Shown here piece by piece: positions 29,053-38,010 of a stretch of DNA of 64,000 nt. A program made the translations under genes and the position numbers. The notes under the pieces are model-generated. The model did no database searches. It was not told the origin of the DNA and saw nothing but the letters and a program-made list of their open reading frames with translations. Positions within the stretch are counted from its first letter, which is position 1; the number at the start of each line of letters is the position of its first letter. The stretch is from contig JAFTSK010000155.1 of assembly GCA_017467385.1 (NCBI GenBank), positions 705-64,704 on the forward strand. Direction: 5' to 3'. This stretch comes from Bacteroidaceae bacterium. Lineage in GTDB: Bacteria > Bacteroidota > Bacteroidia > Bacteroidales > Bacteroidaceae.

Positions 29053-30621
29053 ATGAAAAAGAAATATATATTCTTTCCAGTCATAGCTGCCATGTTCAGC
29101 CTTTCGTCTTGTGTCGAAGACGAAGGTAATGACCTCATGGCTCCTATCAATGAAATAGAAATTTCGGGTATAGAAGAAGCGTACCATGTAGTGACGCAAC
29201 AAGAGACTTTGGAAATTACACCGGAAATCAAGGGGACTCTCAGTAATACCGATGAGTCAGATTTGGAATATGAGTGGTATTTGTGTGATAACGGAATTAC
29301 CGACCATCACCACGAAGTCATTTCTACCGAACGGAATCTTTCGTATCAGGTTGTAGCGGCACCAAGTACTTATACTCTTTACTTCTCTGTGAAAGATAAA
29401 GTAACCGGTTTGAAATGGGAAAAAGAATGTACACTGAATATCATTAGTCCGTTTGTTCGCGGATTTTATCTGTTTGGCGACAAGGAAGACGAAACGGTTG
29501 GGTTGGATTTTGTCAGCATGATTGAAGGACGTGATATTGCTGTCATTCCCAATATCCTGAACAACAACCTTGAATTGAAAGGTGCTGAAGATGTCTTTTT
29601 CACCGGTTATTATTCATTCTATCCTGATTTTAACAACTTGTGGATAGTTACCAAGTCCGGTTCTTATCAAGTGGAAAACAGTGCCAGTCAGACTTCGTTC
29701 AATCTGATCGAAGAATCGGGTGATCCGGAGAATTTTATTTTCCCGACTATTCCTGTTACTCGTCCGATGAAGGTTATCGGAATATGGCCTCGTTCCATCG
29801 GAAAGACCAATATGAATCTGGCTCGTACCAGTCGTGTGCTTTGTACAGAGAACGAATACTATAACGGCTCTTTCTATGGTGCAGCCGAAGCTTACGGTAA
29901 CCCTATTAACCGCTATTCAGCTTCAACATCAGAATTGTTTAAACCTTCAAAATATGTGTTCTATCCGGGTAATTCAACGTATGTATCGGGAATGTGTTTT
30001 TACAACGAAACAGAAAATTGTTTTGTACGTTTAAATTCATCTTATTCTTTCTCCAAATATTCGGTGAAGTTAACAAACGATGGAACCCCATTCTATTTTG
30101 ACCAAAAGGCATACGCTTCGGAACGAAGCTTGATCTATGGGGAAAACGGTTATGGAAATGCCGGACGTTCGTATGCATTGATGCGTGATACAGAAGATAA
30201 CTACTTCGTTTACTTGTTCCGTGTAGCAGGTATTAGCGTGTTGGCACAAGCAGAACGCACCATTGATTTGAGTGTAGCTACCGACTTTGCTTCAGCCAAT
30301 CATTATGCATTCTACTCCATGCAGCAAATTATTTTATATGCAGCAGGAAGCAAACTCTATGCTTATGACTATAATCGTAATGAAAACAAGTTAGTTCGCG
30401 ATTTTGGTGCAGAAATCACTTACGTTGGTATGGATTATAATTCGAACAACGATCCGAATCATGTGCTTGTAGCCACCTATAATGCTTCAGAAAAGGGTAC
30501 AGTTTATGGTTATACCATGACGGACAACCAAAATCTGATTGAGGTTACACCCGTTGAAGGCGAAGAATGGCATACCGATTTGAAAGTTGTAAAAGTAGAA
30601 TATCGTAATGCCGCAAATTAA
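29053..30621 (+). CDS. PKD-like family lipoprotein
   Basis: SCVEDEGN...INEIEISGI...LEITPEI...LEYEW. Confidence 0.8.
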   Translation: MKKKYIFFPVIAAMFSLSSCVEDEGNDLMAPINEIEISGIEEAYHVVTQQETLEITPEIKGTLSNTDESDLEYEWYLCDNGITDHHHEVISTERNLSYQVVAAPSTYTLYFSVKDKVTGLKWEKECTLNIISPFVRGFYLFGDKEDETVGLDFVSMIEGRDIAVIPNILNNNLELKGAEDVFFTGYYSFYPDFNNLWIVTKSGSYQVENSASQTSFNLIEESGDPENFIFPTIPVTRPMKVIGIWPRSIGKTNMNLARTSRVLCTENEYYNGSFYGAAEAYGNPINRYSASTSELFKPSKYVFYPGNSTYVSGMCFYNETENCFVRLNSSYSFSKYSVKLTNDGTPFYFDQKAYASERSLIYGENGYGNAGRSYALMRDTEDNYFVYLFRVAGISVLAQAERTIDLSVATDFASANHYAFYSMQQIILYAAGSKLYAYDYNRNENKLVRDFGAEITYVGMDYNSNNDPNHVLVATYNASEKGTVYGYTMTDNQNLIEVTPVEGEEWHTDLKVVKVEYRNAAN

Positions 30622-30631
30622 TCGATCTTAT

Positions 30632-31714
30632 ATGAAAAAAATAATTTCAATCCTTTTGCTGACAGTCTTTGTACTGTCAGCAAAAGCTCAGACACAGTTC
30701 AGAGATCTGAGTTTCGATGAGGCTATTGCCGCCGCCGCTAAAGAGAAGAAGCAAGTATTTATAGACTTCTACACCGATTGGTGTGGTCCCTGTAAGAACA
30801 TGACAAAGAATGTCTTTCCGCAAGTTGCTGTCGGCGAATTTATGAACAAGAACTTTGTGTGCGTAAAATACAATGCAGAAAAGGAGGGAAAGGAACTGGC
30901 CAAAACATACAAAGTATCGGCATATCCAACCTTTATCATTGTTGACACACAAAAAAAGGTATTGTTTGAACTGAAAGGTTCTATGGATGGCGAAACCCTT
31001 ATCAACCGTATTAAAGCAGGATTAAATCCGGAGCAAACGCCGGAACGCATGGAAGCACGCTACAACTCGGGTGAAAGAACACCGGAATTGATAAATTTGT
31101 ATGCCATGTCGAAAATGCAGAAAGGACAGGAGAACGAAGGTTTCAAAATCATCAATGATTATTTCAACTCACTTGACAATAATCAACGTCTGGCTTCTGA
31201 AAACGCTTTCTTGTACACCGTTTATACCATCTCTTTGAATGATCCTAAAGCTACATTCATGATAGAACATCGCCAGGAATTTGGTCAGTATGTAGCAGAA
31301 AGAATCAATGCACGAATTGAAAAGCTATACCGTTCGACCTTGAATACTTATTTTTCTGGCTATCAACGTCAACAAAAGAGTTATAAGGAAGAAGAATATC
31401 AAGCTCTAAAGAAAAGTATGCAAGAAATAGGAATGGATAAAAAATATCCGTATGCCCCTATCTTTAAGTTAATTGAATGTAGACATTCAAGTGACGATAA
31501 TGCCTTCTTGAGTATGTGTGAAGCGGAATTTGATGCGCTGAATAGTGCAGACCAAAATCTGTTGATTCTGAATTTCCCAAGACTAATCGAAACAAAGGAC
31601 AAGGAAATGTTAAAGAAGATGTCTGTATTTATACGTTCACGTTTAAGTCAGTTAGACGCTAATGCCATTACCATGTCTGGACACACATTAAGAAGTATTG
31701 AAGAAAACCTCTGA
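30632..31714 (+). CDS. Exported thioredoxin-family protein with helical C-terminus
   Basis: Signal peptide; DFYTDWCGPCK; YKVSAYPTF. Confidence 0.9.
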   Translation: MKKIISILLLTVFVLSAKAQTQFRDLSFDEAIAAAAKEKKQVFIDFYTDWCGPCKNMTKNVFPQVAVGEFMNKNFVCVKYNAEKEGKELAKTYKVSAYPTFIIVDTQKKVLFELKGSMDGETLINRIKAGLNPEQTPERMEARYNSGERTPELINLYAMSKMQKGQENEGFKIINDYFNSLDNNQRLASENAFLYTVYTISLNDPKATFMIEHRQEFGQYVAERINARIEKLYRSTLNTYFSGYQRQQKSYKEEEYQALKKSMQEIGMDKKYPYAPIFKLIECRHSSDDNAFLSMCEAEFDALNSADQNLLILNFPRLIETKDKEMLKKMSVFIRSRLSQLDANAITMSGHTLRSIEENL

Positions 31715-31749
31715 TAGGAACTGACATTAGAAAAATAGCTTTAGTAAAC

Positions 31750-31803
31750 TGAGGTGTGCATTCTATGTTTCTATGCAAATAAAACATAGAATGCACAGCC
31801 TCA
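31750..31803. terminator. Bidirectional hairpin between convergent genes
   Basis: gtgcattctatgttt...aaacatagaatgcac. Confidence 0.7.
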
Positions 31804-31855
31804 ATCTATTCTCTTTCTTTGGGGTACTTTCAATAACCTGTAACCCCTGTGTTTA

Positions 31856-33520
31856 TTACTTGATAGTAATATTCTGACAATTATCTACCTTTACGTAGTC
31901 TTTCTTTTGAGTCATGTTGTTTTCGATAAGAACATTCTCTGCATCTTTTAAAAGAACGGCAACATCTTTTTCTGTATCAAATATGTTGTTCCGGATGATA
32001 ATGTTCTTATTTAAATAAGGGGGTAATTCGAGGGCTTCGGTACTTAATGTAATACAAGAAGGTACGGAATTACCCGCTTCATAACCACAGCCTGTAATGT
32101 AATTCTCTTCTATGAGTACGTTTTCGGCCGGGGCACTTTCTCTCCAACTTAATTCTGCTCCTAACTTGATGGCTGTTATTGTACTGTTTTGGATACAGTT
32201 CTTTGCAATAACAACATCACGACTCTTGATAAGGAATGAACGAGCAAGATGGCTATGGACGGAATTGTTGTATATCCGCACTTTGGGGAAACGTGAGTAG
32301 TTCCACATGTAGAACTTATCAAGGTTTTCTACATCGATTTTCTTATCCAGTCCGATAACTACTTTCCAATCCACAGAAGAGGTATCTACATTTTGGACTA
32401 AGTAACGTCCTTGTTCTTCCATGCTCTTGTTGTTGATAACGACCATTGTATCACCAATCTGTGGATAGTCGAGGGATAGGGCATGAAGGTCTGCGCCTTC
32501 AATCCTAATTTCAATCTTGTTGTCGCCTTCAGGGTACATGCGATAATAGTAACTGTGGATGTTTGTACAGTCATCGCCTTGTCCTTTAAACTTAGAGTTT
32601 TGGATGGTAATAGTACCCGAACAAGAGGTAAAGTGGGTGGCATCTGTATTGGTCGAGATTACACTACCTGCTTCGGGAACCACTTGAAGATTGTCTATCA
32701 TGATATTCTTGCTCAAGTGGCCTACGATTCCCATGCCTGGCTGACTGTGAATTTTTACATCGTGGAAAGCGACATCTTCACATTCTTTTATCATGATGGC
32801 AGGGCGGTAGTGTCCACCATGTCGCAAAATAAAGTAGTCTCCTATTGCAGGTGCTTTCTTTGATTGAAAACGTATTTTCCCAGGGGCAACCAATTCTTTC
32901 TTGGTTGTTCGACCGGTGTATAATCTGTTGCGTATAGGATCAAAGAAATGAAGGCGTCCGGTTACTTTACTGTCGATGAAGCGATAACGTTCGGTGTCAA
33001 ATTCTGCTTCAAACCATTCTTCGGTGCTTTCTGTGATTCTACCGATGGTTGAAGGTGGACGGTTGTACAGGATGGAAATACCATCAATGGTTACATTCTT
33101 TGCTCCTTGTATGGTTATAACTTCATACCAACCATGAAGGAAAAGGGTTGCACCATAGGCTTTGATGGTCGTATTGTTACATCCTGTAAGGTTCATTGCA
33201 GTAACGTAAGGACCATCGGGCTTGAAGAGTGTTCGTTGTACACTCTCTCCATACGCCCCACTAATCGCTTCAAATTCTATTCTTCGGGCTTCTTCGTGGT
33301 CGATGTCGTATTTCCCTGGAGGAAAAACAAGGGTTGTTCCCGGGTTCTCACGACAATAGGAAGTGGCTTCGCGTAATGCTTGAAAGTCGTTCTTGCCATC
33401 ATTCGGAAAAGCTCCGAAATCGGCTACGGAAACCTCTTTTTGTTGGGCTTTGTTGCATGAAACAAGCAAAGCTCCCATGCAACAAAACGCTAAAATTATT
33501 CCTTTATTTAAATGGATCAT
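31856..33520 (-). CDS. GH110-like alpha-galactosidase (beta-helix) lipoprotein
   Basis: SVADFGA, LVFPPGKY, TDATHF...QGDDCTNIH. Confidence 0.8.
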   Translation of the reverse strand: MIHLNKGIILAFCCMGALLVSCNKAQQKEVSVADFGAFPNDGKNDFQALREATSYCRENPGTTLVFPPGKYDIDHEEARRIEFEAISGAYGESVQRTLFKPDGPYVTAMNLTGCNNTTIKAYGATLFLHGWYEVITIQGAKNVTIDGISILYNRPPSTIGRITESTEEWFEAEFDTERYRFIDSKVTGRLHFFDPIRNRLYTGRTTKKELVAPGKIRFQSKKAPAIGDYFILRHGGHYRPAIMIKECEDVAFHDVKIHSQPGMGIVGHLSKNIMIDNLQVVPEAGSVISTNTDATHFTSCSGTITIQNSKFKGQGDDCTNIHSYYYRMYPEGDNKIEIRIEGADLHALSLDYPQIGDTMVVINNKSMEEQGRYLVQNVDTSSVDWKVVIGLDKKIDVENLDKFYMWNYSRFPKVRIYNNSVHSHLARSFLIKSRDVVIAKNCIQNSTITAIKLGAELSWRESAPAENVLIEENYITGCGYEAGNSVPSCITLSTEALELPPYLNKNIIIRNNIFDTEKDVAVLLKDAENVLIENNMTQKKDYVKVDNCQNITIK

Positions 33521-33540
33521 GTCGACTTGAATTTTGTTTA

Positions 33541-35727
33541 TTACTTAACTTCTACAAGTTGTAGGGCAACACTTGAATACTCTGACTTCAAGAAGTTTCT
33601 CATGGCCAATCCTTCTTCCATCAACATCTTGCCACTGAATACCTTACCGTCAACAGCACAAGGTTTGCTTGCGTCGACAGGGGTAAGGTCTTTTACCTTG
33701 TACTTCTTATTGGCATCAAGGCCGGCCATCTTAACCGTAGGAATGATGGAATTGATGAAATGAGCTGTCTTGTAGACATAGAAGACGGCTTCGTCTTGTT
33801 CCGGAGTAACGTACATCAATGAGGCTAAACCTTTGTTGTCGTAAGGAGACACAAGACGATAAAGGTCGCCAAACTGTACAACCGGTCGAATCGTCTTATA
33901 GGCGGCAATGGCGCGTTTGGCAAATGCTTTGTCGGTGTCCGACATGTCTTTAGGTTGGATTTCCATACCGAGGCGTCCGGACATGGCCACATCGAAACGG
34001 AATTTCAAAGGCAAACGACGACCGGTTTGGTGATTCTTGTCGGCACTTACGTGAGAAGCCATTGCGATGGCTGGGTAGAAGTTGGATACTCCCCATTGCA
34101 AATAAATACGTTGCAAAGCATCTGTGTCATCACTTGTCCAAAATTCATTGAAATACGGAAGCCAGCCATAGTTTACTCGACCACCGCCACCGGCACAAGC
34201 TTGCATAACAAGTTGGGGATATTTGGCGCGGATTCGTTCAACGACTTTACGAAGTCCACGATGATATTCAATGTAAATGTGGGATTGTTTATCCTTTGGT
34301 AAATAGTAGGAACCATAGTCTTGCACCATACAGTTGGCATCCCATTTCATGTATTTAATTTCAGGGAAGTTGGTCATGAGTGAATCGACTACGCCAAACA
34401 CAAAGTCTTGTACTTCCGGATTGGAGAGGTCAAGAATGACTTGTGTGCCGCCGCGACCGGTAGATACAGGGCGATTGTCTGTACGAAGAATCCATTTAGG
34501 CTTATTTTCAAAGAGTTCGCTTTGAGTGTTGGAGCTTTCCGGTTCAATCCAGATACCAAACTTGATGTTGTGGTTCTTGGCTGAGGCCACTAAACCACCA
34601 ATCCCTTCAGGAAGTTTTTCCTTGCATACTACCCAGTCTCCCAAAGAGGTAGAACCATTGTTGCGAGGATATTTATCTCCAAACCAACCATCGTCCATGA
34701 CGAAAAGCTCACCTCCGATAGCAGAGAATTCCTTCATCATGTTATCCATTTCCTGCTGGTTAACCTTAAAATATACACCTTCCCAACTGTTCAGCAAGAT
34801 GTCTTTAGGGGTATTCCCATCCCATAACTTGTATTTGCGAGCCCAACGATGGAAAGCGCGACTGACACCGCCTTTACCTGTTGTACTGAAAGTCATACAG
34901 AACTCGGGTGTGGTAAATATTTCGCTTTTCTCTAATTTGTAAAAGGAAGTTTCTTCGTTGATACCGGCACTTACGGAAAGAGCCGTATTGGAAGCAATTA
35001 CTTTAATAAGGTAATTGCCCGTCCATGCCAATGTGCCGCCGAATACTTGCCCATGTTCTTCGCCGGGCTTACCATCCAATGACAAAAGGAAAGAAGGATT
35101 ATCTTGTTCGGTGTTGCACATTCCGTCTTTGTTGGAGATTGTTTTTTGGCCATTGGTCAACGGCTCTTCGGCCATTGTATGCTCTGCTCCCCAAAATCCA
35201 TGAAAATGTGTCATCCAGTTGTCGCCCCGTTGAAGAGGAAAAAACGCAGAGGCAAATCGGTAGAGGGTTACAGGCTTCTTTCCCTGATTCTCAATCTCTG
35301 TCCAGGTGCTGATAATGTCTGTGTCCTTGTAGGCCTTGAAGAACTGTTTTACGATAAACGGATATACTTTGTCTTTCATGGAAATCTCTGTGATGGCACT
35401 TCCATCTTCAGCGGAATATTGTTGTACGCCGGTTACGGCCAGGTCGAGTGTCATGTTGCCGTCGTTGTGCATAACGGCAATGGCTTTCTCGTTAGCAGTC
35501 TTAACACCGAATGCCGGATAGCTATCTGCGTTTAGGGCAAGTCCGGCATCAAAAATGCCTTGTACATCACTTTGTTCGATGCGCGCACCGTAATACTGAT
35601 ATAAGGGCTTTTCTCCCTCCGTTGCTGTAATAAGCAAAGAAGTCTTTGCGGTTGAAATAAGATAGTTCTCGGCACTTGCTGTACCCATTGCCAAAAGCAA
35701 TGAAAGGAACACAAACATTTTTCTCAT
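33541..35727 (-). CDS. GH36 alpha-galactosidase
   Basis: LLNSWEGVYF, FVMDDGWFG, FGIWIEPE, YMKWDAN, CAGGGGR, FWTSDDTD. Confidence 0.95.
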   Translation of the reverse strand: MRKMFVFLSLLLAMGTASAENYLISTAKTSLLITATEGEKPLYQYYGARIEQSDVQGIFDAGLALNADSYPAFGVKTANEKAIAVMHNDGNMTLDLAVTGVQQYSAEDGSAITEISMKDKVYPFIVKQFFKAYKDTDIISTWTEIENQGKKPVTLYRFASAFFPLQRGDNWMTHFHGFWGAEHTMAEEPLTNGQKTISNKDGMCNTEQDNPSFLLSLDGKPGEEHGQVFGGTLAWTGNYLIKVIASNTALSVSAGINEETSFYKLEKSEIFTTPEFCMTFSTTGKGGVSRAFHRWARKYKLWDGNTPKDILLNSWEGVYFKVNQQEMDNMMKEFSAIGGELFVMDDGWFGDKYPRNNGSTSLGDWVVCKEKLPEGIGGLVASAKNHNIKFGIWIEPESSNTQSELFENKPKWILRTDNRPVSTGRGGTQVILDLSNPEVQDFVFGVVDSLMTNFPEIKYMKWDANCMVQDYGSYYLPKDKQSHIYIEYHRGLRKVVERIRAKYPQLVMQACAGGGGRVNYGWLPYFNEFWTSDDTDALQRIYLQWGVSNFYPAIAMASHVSADKNHQTGRRLPLKFRFDVAMSGRLGMEIQPKDMSDTDKAFAKRAIAAYKTIRPVVQFGDLYRLVSPYDNKGLASLMYVTPEQDEAVFYVYKTAHFINSIIPTVKMAGLDANKKYKVKDLTPVDASKPCAVDGKVFSGKMLMEEGLAMRNFLKSEYSSVALQLVEVK

Positions 35728-35892
35728 AATGCAATATTTAAATAAAACAAACTTTACCTTAATGTAAATCAGTTACTTTTGAATGTATTCGTTGAGAAAA
35801 TAATGTACAAAATAAATGTTTCTTAGCTTTCTCAAAAGGTAAAGTTACATAAAAATATTAATAGTCAAAGAAATTTTATTAAAAAGTTACAG

Positions 35893-35910
35893 AATAAACA
35901 CGTGCTTATT
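35893..35910. promoter_or_regulatory. Near-perfect 18-bp palindrome, candidate operator
   Basis: aataaacacgtgcttatt in the divergent promoter region. Confidence 0.35.
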
Positions 35911-35971
35911 GAAATAAAAAGAAAGGTCGATACCTGTTTAGTTAATAATAAGATGCTGTTAATATACCATT

Positions 35972-36036
35972 CTCACGATTGGTGAGTAAGCTCTCTCTCT
36001 CACGAGTCGTGAGAGAGGGTTCGCATCAGTTGTGGA
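35972..36036. repeat. Cluster of short CTCAC-N5-GTGAG palindromes
   Basis: ctcacgattggtgag, ctctctcacgagtcgtgagagag and a degenerate third unit. Confidence 0.55.
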
Positions 36037-36228
36037 AGACGTAAAACATTGTTTTTAAGAGAATACTACAATTAAATGCCTGGGTTTTAGACTCTTTTTT
36101 TCTTCTTATGAATTTTCTCTGTTGTGATAGCAGAACGATGTGGTTTTCTTATTTGTAAATGATAATGAAAACTGCCGTTGAAGAAAGGAAAAATGGTCTT
36201 CAAAAAGTTGAAAAAAAATTAGGAAGTT

Positions 36229-36249
36229 TATATATATATATATATATAT
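36229..36249. repeat. (TA)10 dinucleotide tract
   Basis: Uninterrupted TA run ending about 30 nt upstream of ATG 36280. Confidence 0.9.
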
Positions 36250-36279
36250 GAACTTGTTTTCTTAAAAGGAGAAAAGTAT

Positions 36280-38010
36280 ATGTGGAAGACTATAATACAC
36301 CTGTTTTTCTGCGTATTGTTTGCCTCTTGTACGAGTGTAAATAGCAGGCCGGAAGTGAACTTGAAAGACTTTATGGTAGAAGGTACCATTGATAGTGATC
36401 ACACACTCGCTTTTCGCAATGCGTTGGAGTATTGCAAAGCAGTAAAAGCTTCCAAACTCATCGTTCCTGCCGGTGATTATTCCCTTTATCCCGATTATGC
36501 TTTTGAAAAGTATCAGTATGTAAGCAATAATACTGCGGCTCTCAAACGTATCCTTCTCGATGTGTCGAAGATGGAGAACTTTGAAATTGTTGGAGTTGGT
36601 GCCAACTTGTTGTTTCATGGTTATATGGTTCCTTTTAATATAGATAGTTGTCGGAATGTGAAGATTACCGGCTTCAGTGTAGATTATGCTCGTGCCTTTC
36701 ATTCCGAAGGTCTAATCATAAAGGCCGGAGAAGGTTGGGCTGATTTGTCTTTTGATAAGGAATACATTTATAAGATTATCAACGGTGATCTTCATTTCTT
36801 TGATGAACGAGGCGAAATATATCCGGTCTCCCACTTGCTGGAATGGAATAGCGAACGTCGGGAACCTCAACTTTATGGAGCCGATTACTGGTTGCAACAG
36901 AACACGATTCCTGCAGAACAGTTGCCAGATGGCAATGTACGGGTGTATCACAAACGCCTGAATGTAACTCCCGGGAATGTGCTGATGCTTGGGCCGGGTG
37001 GACATCGCCATCGTTATTCGCCTTGTGTGATTATCAACCATAGCCATGATGTACTTGTTCGGGACATGAATATTTATCATTGTGGAGGTATGGGTGTTGT
37101 GGCTCAGTTCAGCTCTAATATAGAAATAAACAAAGTAAGCATTAAGCCACGCCCCAACGGACGTATGGTGAGCATTACAGCAGATGCTACCCATTTTTCA
37201 CATTGCTCAGGCTATGTGCGGATGATAGAGTGTGAGATGTTTAACCAAATAGACGATGCAACCAATATTCATGGCATGTATGGTATGGTAATGCAGAAAC
37301 GAGCCGATGATAAGTTGTTGGTTAAGTTCCCTCATGATCAACAATATGGGCTTGATATTTTGCAACCGGGCAAGAAGTGTGAATTATTACATCAATACAG
37401 CCTTATTACACATGCCTGTCCGGTGGTTAAGGAATGTCGTCGTTTGAACAAGGAGTGGTATGAAGTAACATTTACTGAACCTCTATCTGATTCGGTGCGC
37501 GTTAGCGACTTGATAACAACACTTGACTATCCGGAAGTATTAATTAAAGGATGTCGTATGGGCAATAATCGTGCGCGAGGATTGTTGCTCGGTTCACGTG
37601 CAAAGACCATTGTGGAAGATTGTTATTTCCATATCCCGGGGGCAGCTATCTTGTTTGAAGGGGATGGGTATTATTGGTTTGAACAAGCTGGGGTTCGTGA
37701 GGTAATTATCCGTAATAATGTGTTCGATAATTGTAATTATGGATACGTTAATTGGGGAAAAGCTTGTATCGCTACCGGTAATGGTCCTCGTGAAAACAAG
37801 CTTGAAAGTCGTTATAATCGCAACATCACGATTGAAAACAATACTTTTCGGGTTTTCGATCCTCGCCTTCTTAACTTTGTAAGTACCGATAGTTGTCTTT
37901 TTGTGAATAATAAAATAGAAAAGACGACCGACTATGAGTATAAACTCAAAGAACAACGCCCCTTTGTCTTTGATGGTTGTAGTAATATGGATATACGGGT
38001 AGAACAATGA
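36280..38010 (+). CDS. GH110-like alpha-galactosidase lipoprotein
   Basis: Lipobox FASC; ADATHF...QIDDATNIHG; NNRARGLLL. Confidence 0.85.
   Translation: MWKTIIHLFFCVLFASCTSVNSRPEVNLKDFMVEGTIDSDHTLAFRNALEYCKAVKASKLIVPAGDYSLYPDYAFEKYQYVSNNTAALKRILLDVSKMENFEIVGVGANLLFHGYMVPFNIDSCRNVKITGFSVDYARAFHSEGLIIKAGEGWADLSFDKEYIYKIINGDLHFFDERGEIYPVSHLLEWNSERREPQLYGADYWLQQNTIPAEQLPDGNVRVYHKRLNVTPGNVLMLGPGGHRHRYSPCVIINHSHDVLVRDMNIYHCGGMGVVAQFSSNIEINKVSIKPRPNGRMVSITADATHFSHCSGYVRMIECEMFNQIDDATNIHGMYGMVMQKRADDKLLVKFPHDQQYGLDILQPGKKCELLHQYSLITHACPVVKECRRLNKEWYEVTFTEPLSDSVRVSDLITTLDYPEVLIKGCRMGNNRARGLLLGSRAKTIVEDCYFHIPGAAILFEGDGYYWFEQAGVREVIIRNNVFDNCNYGYVNWGKACIATGNGPRENKLESRYNRNITIENNTFRVFDPRLLNFVSTDSCLFVNNKIEKTTDYEYKLKEQRPFVFDGCSNMDIRVEQ

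Noticed and set aside
31763-31790. TATGTT...AACATA as a global carbohydrate-regulator site
   Set aside because: Lies between convergent gene ends inside a long hairpin; better explained as a terminator.
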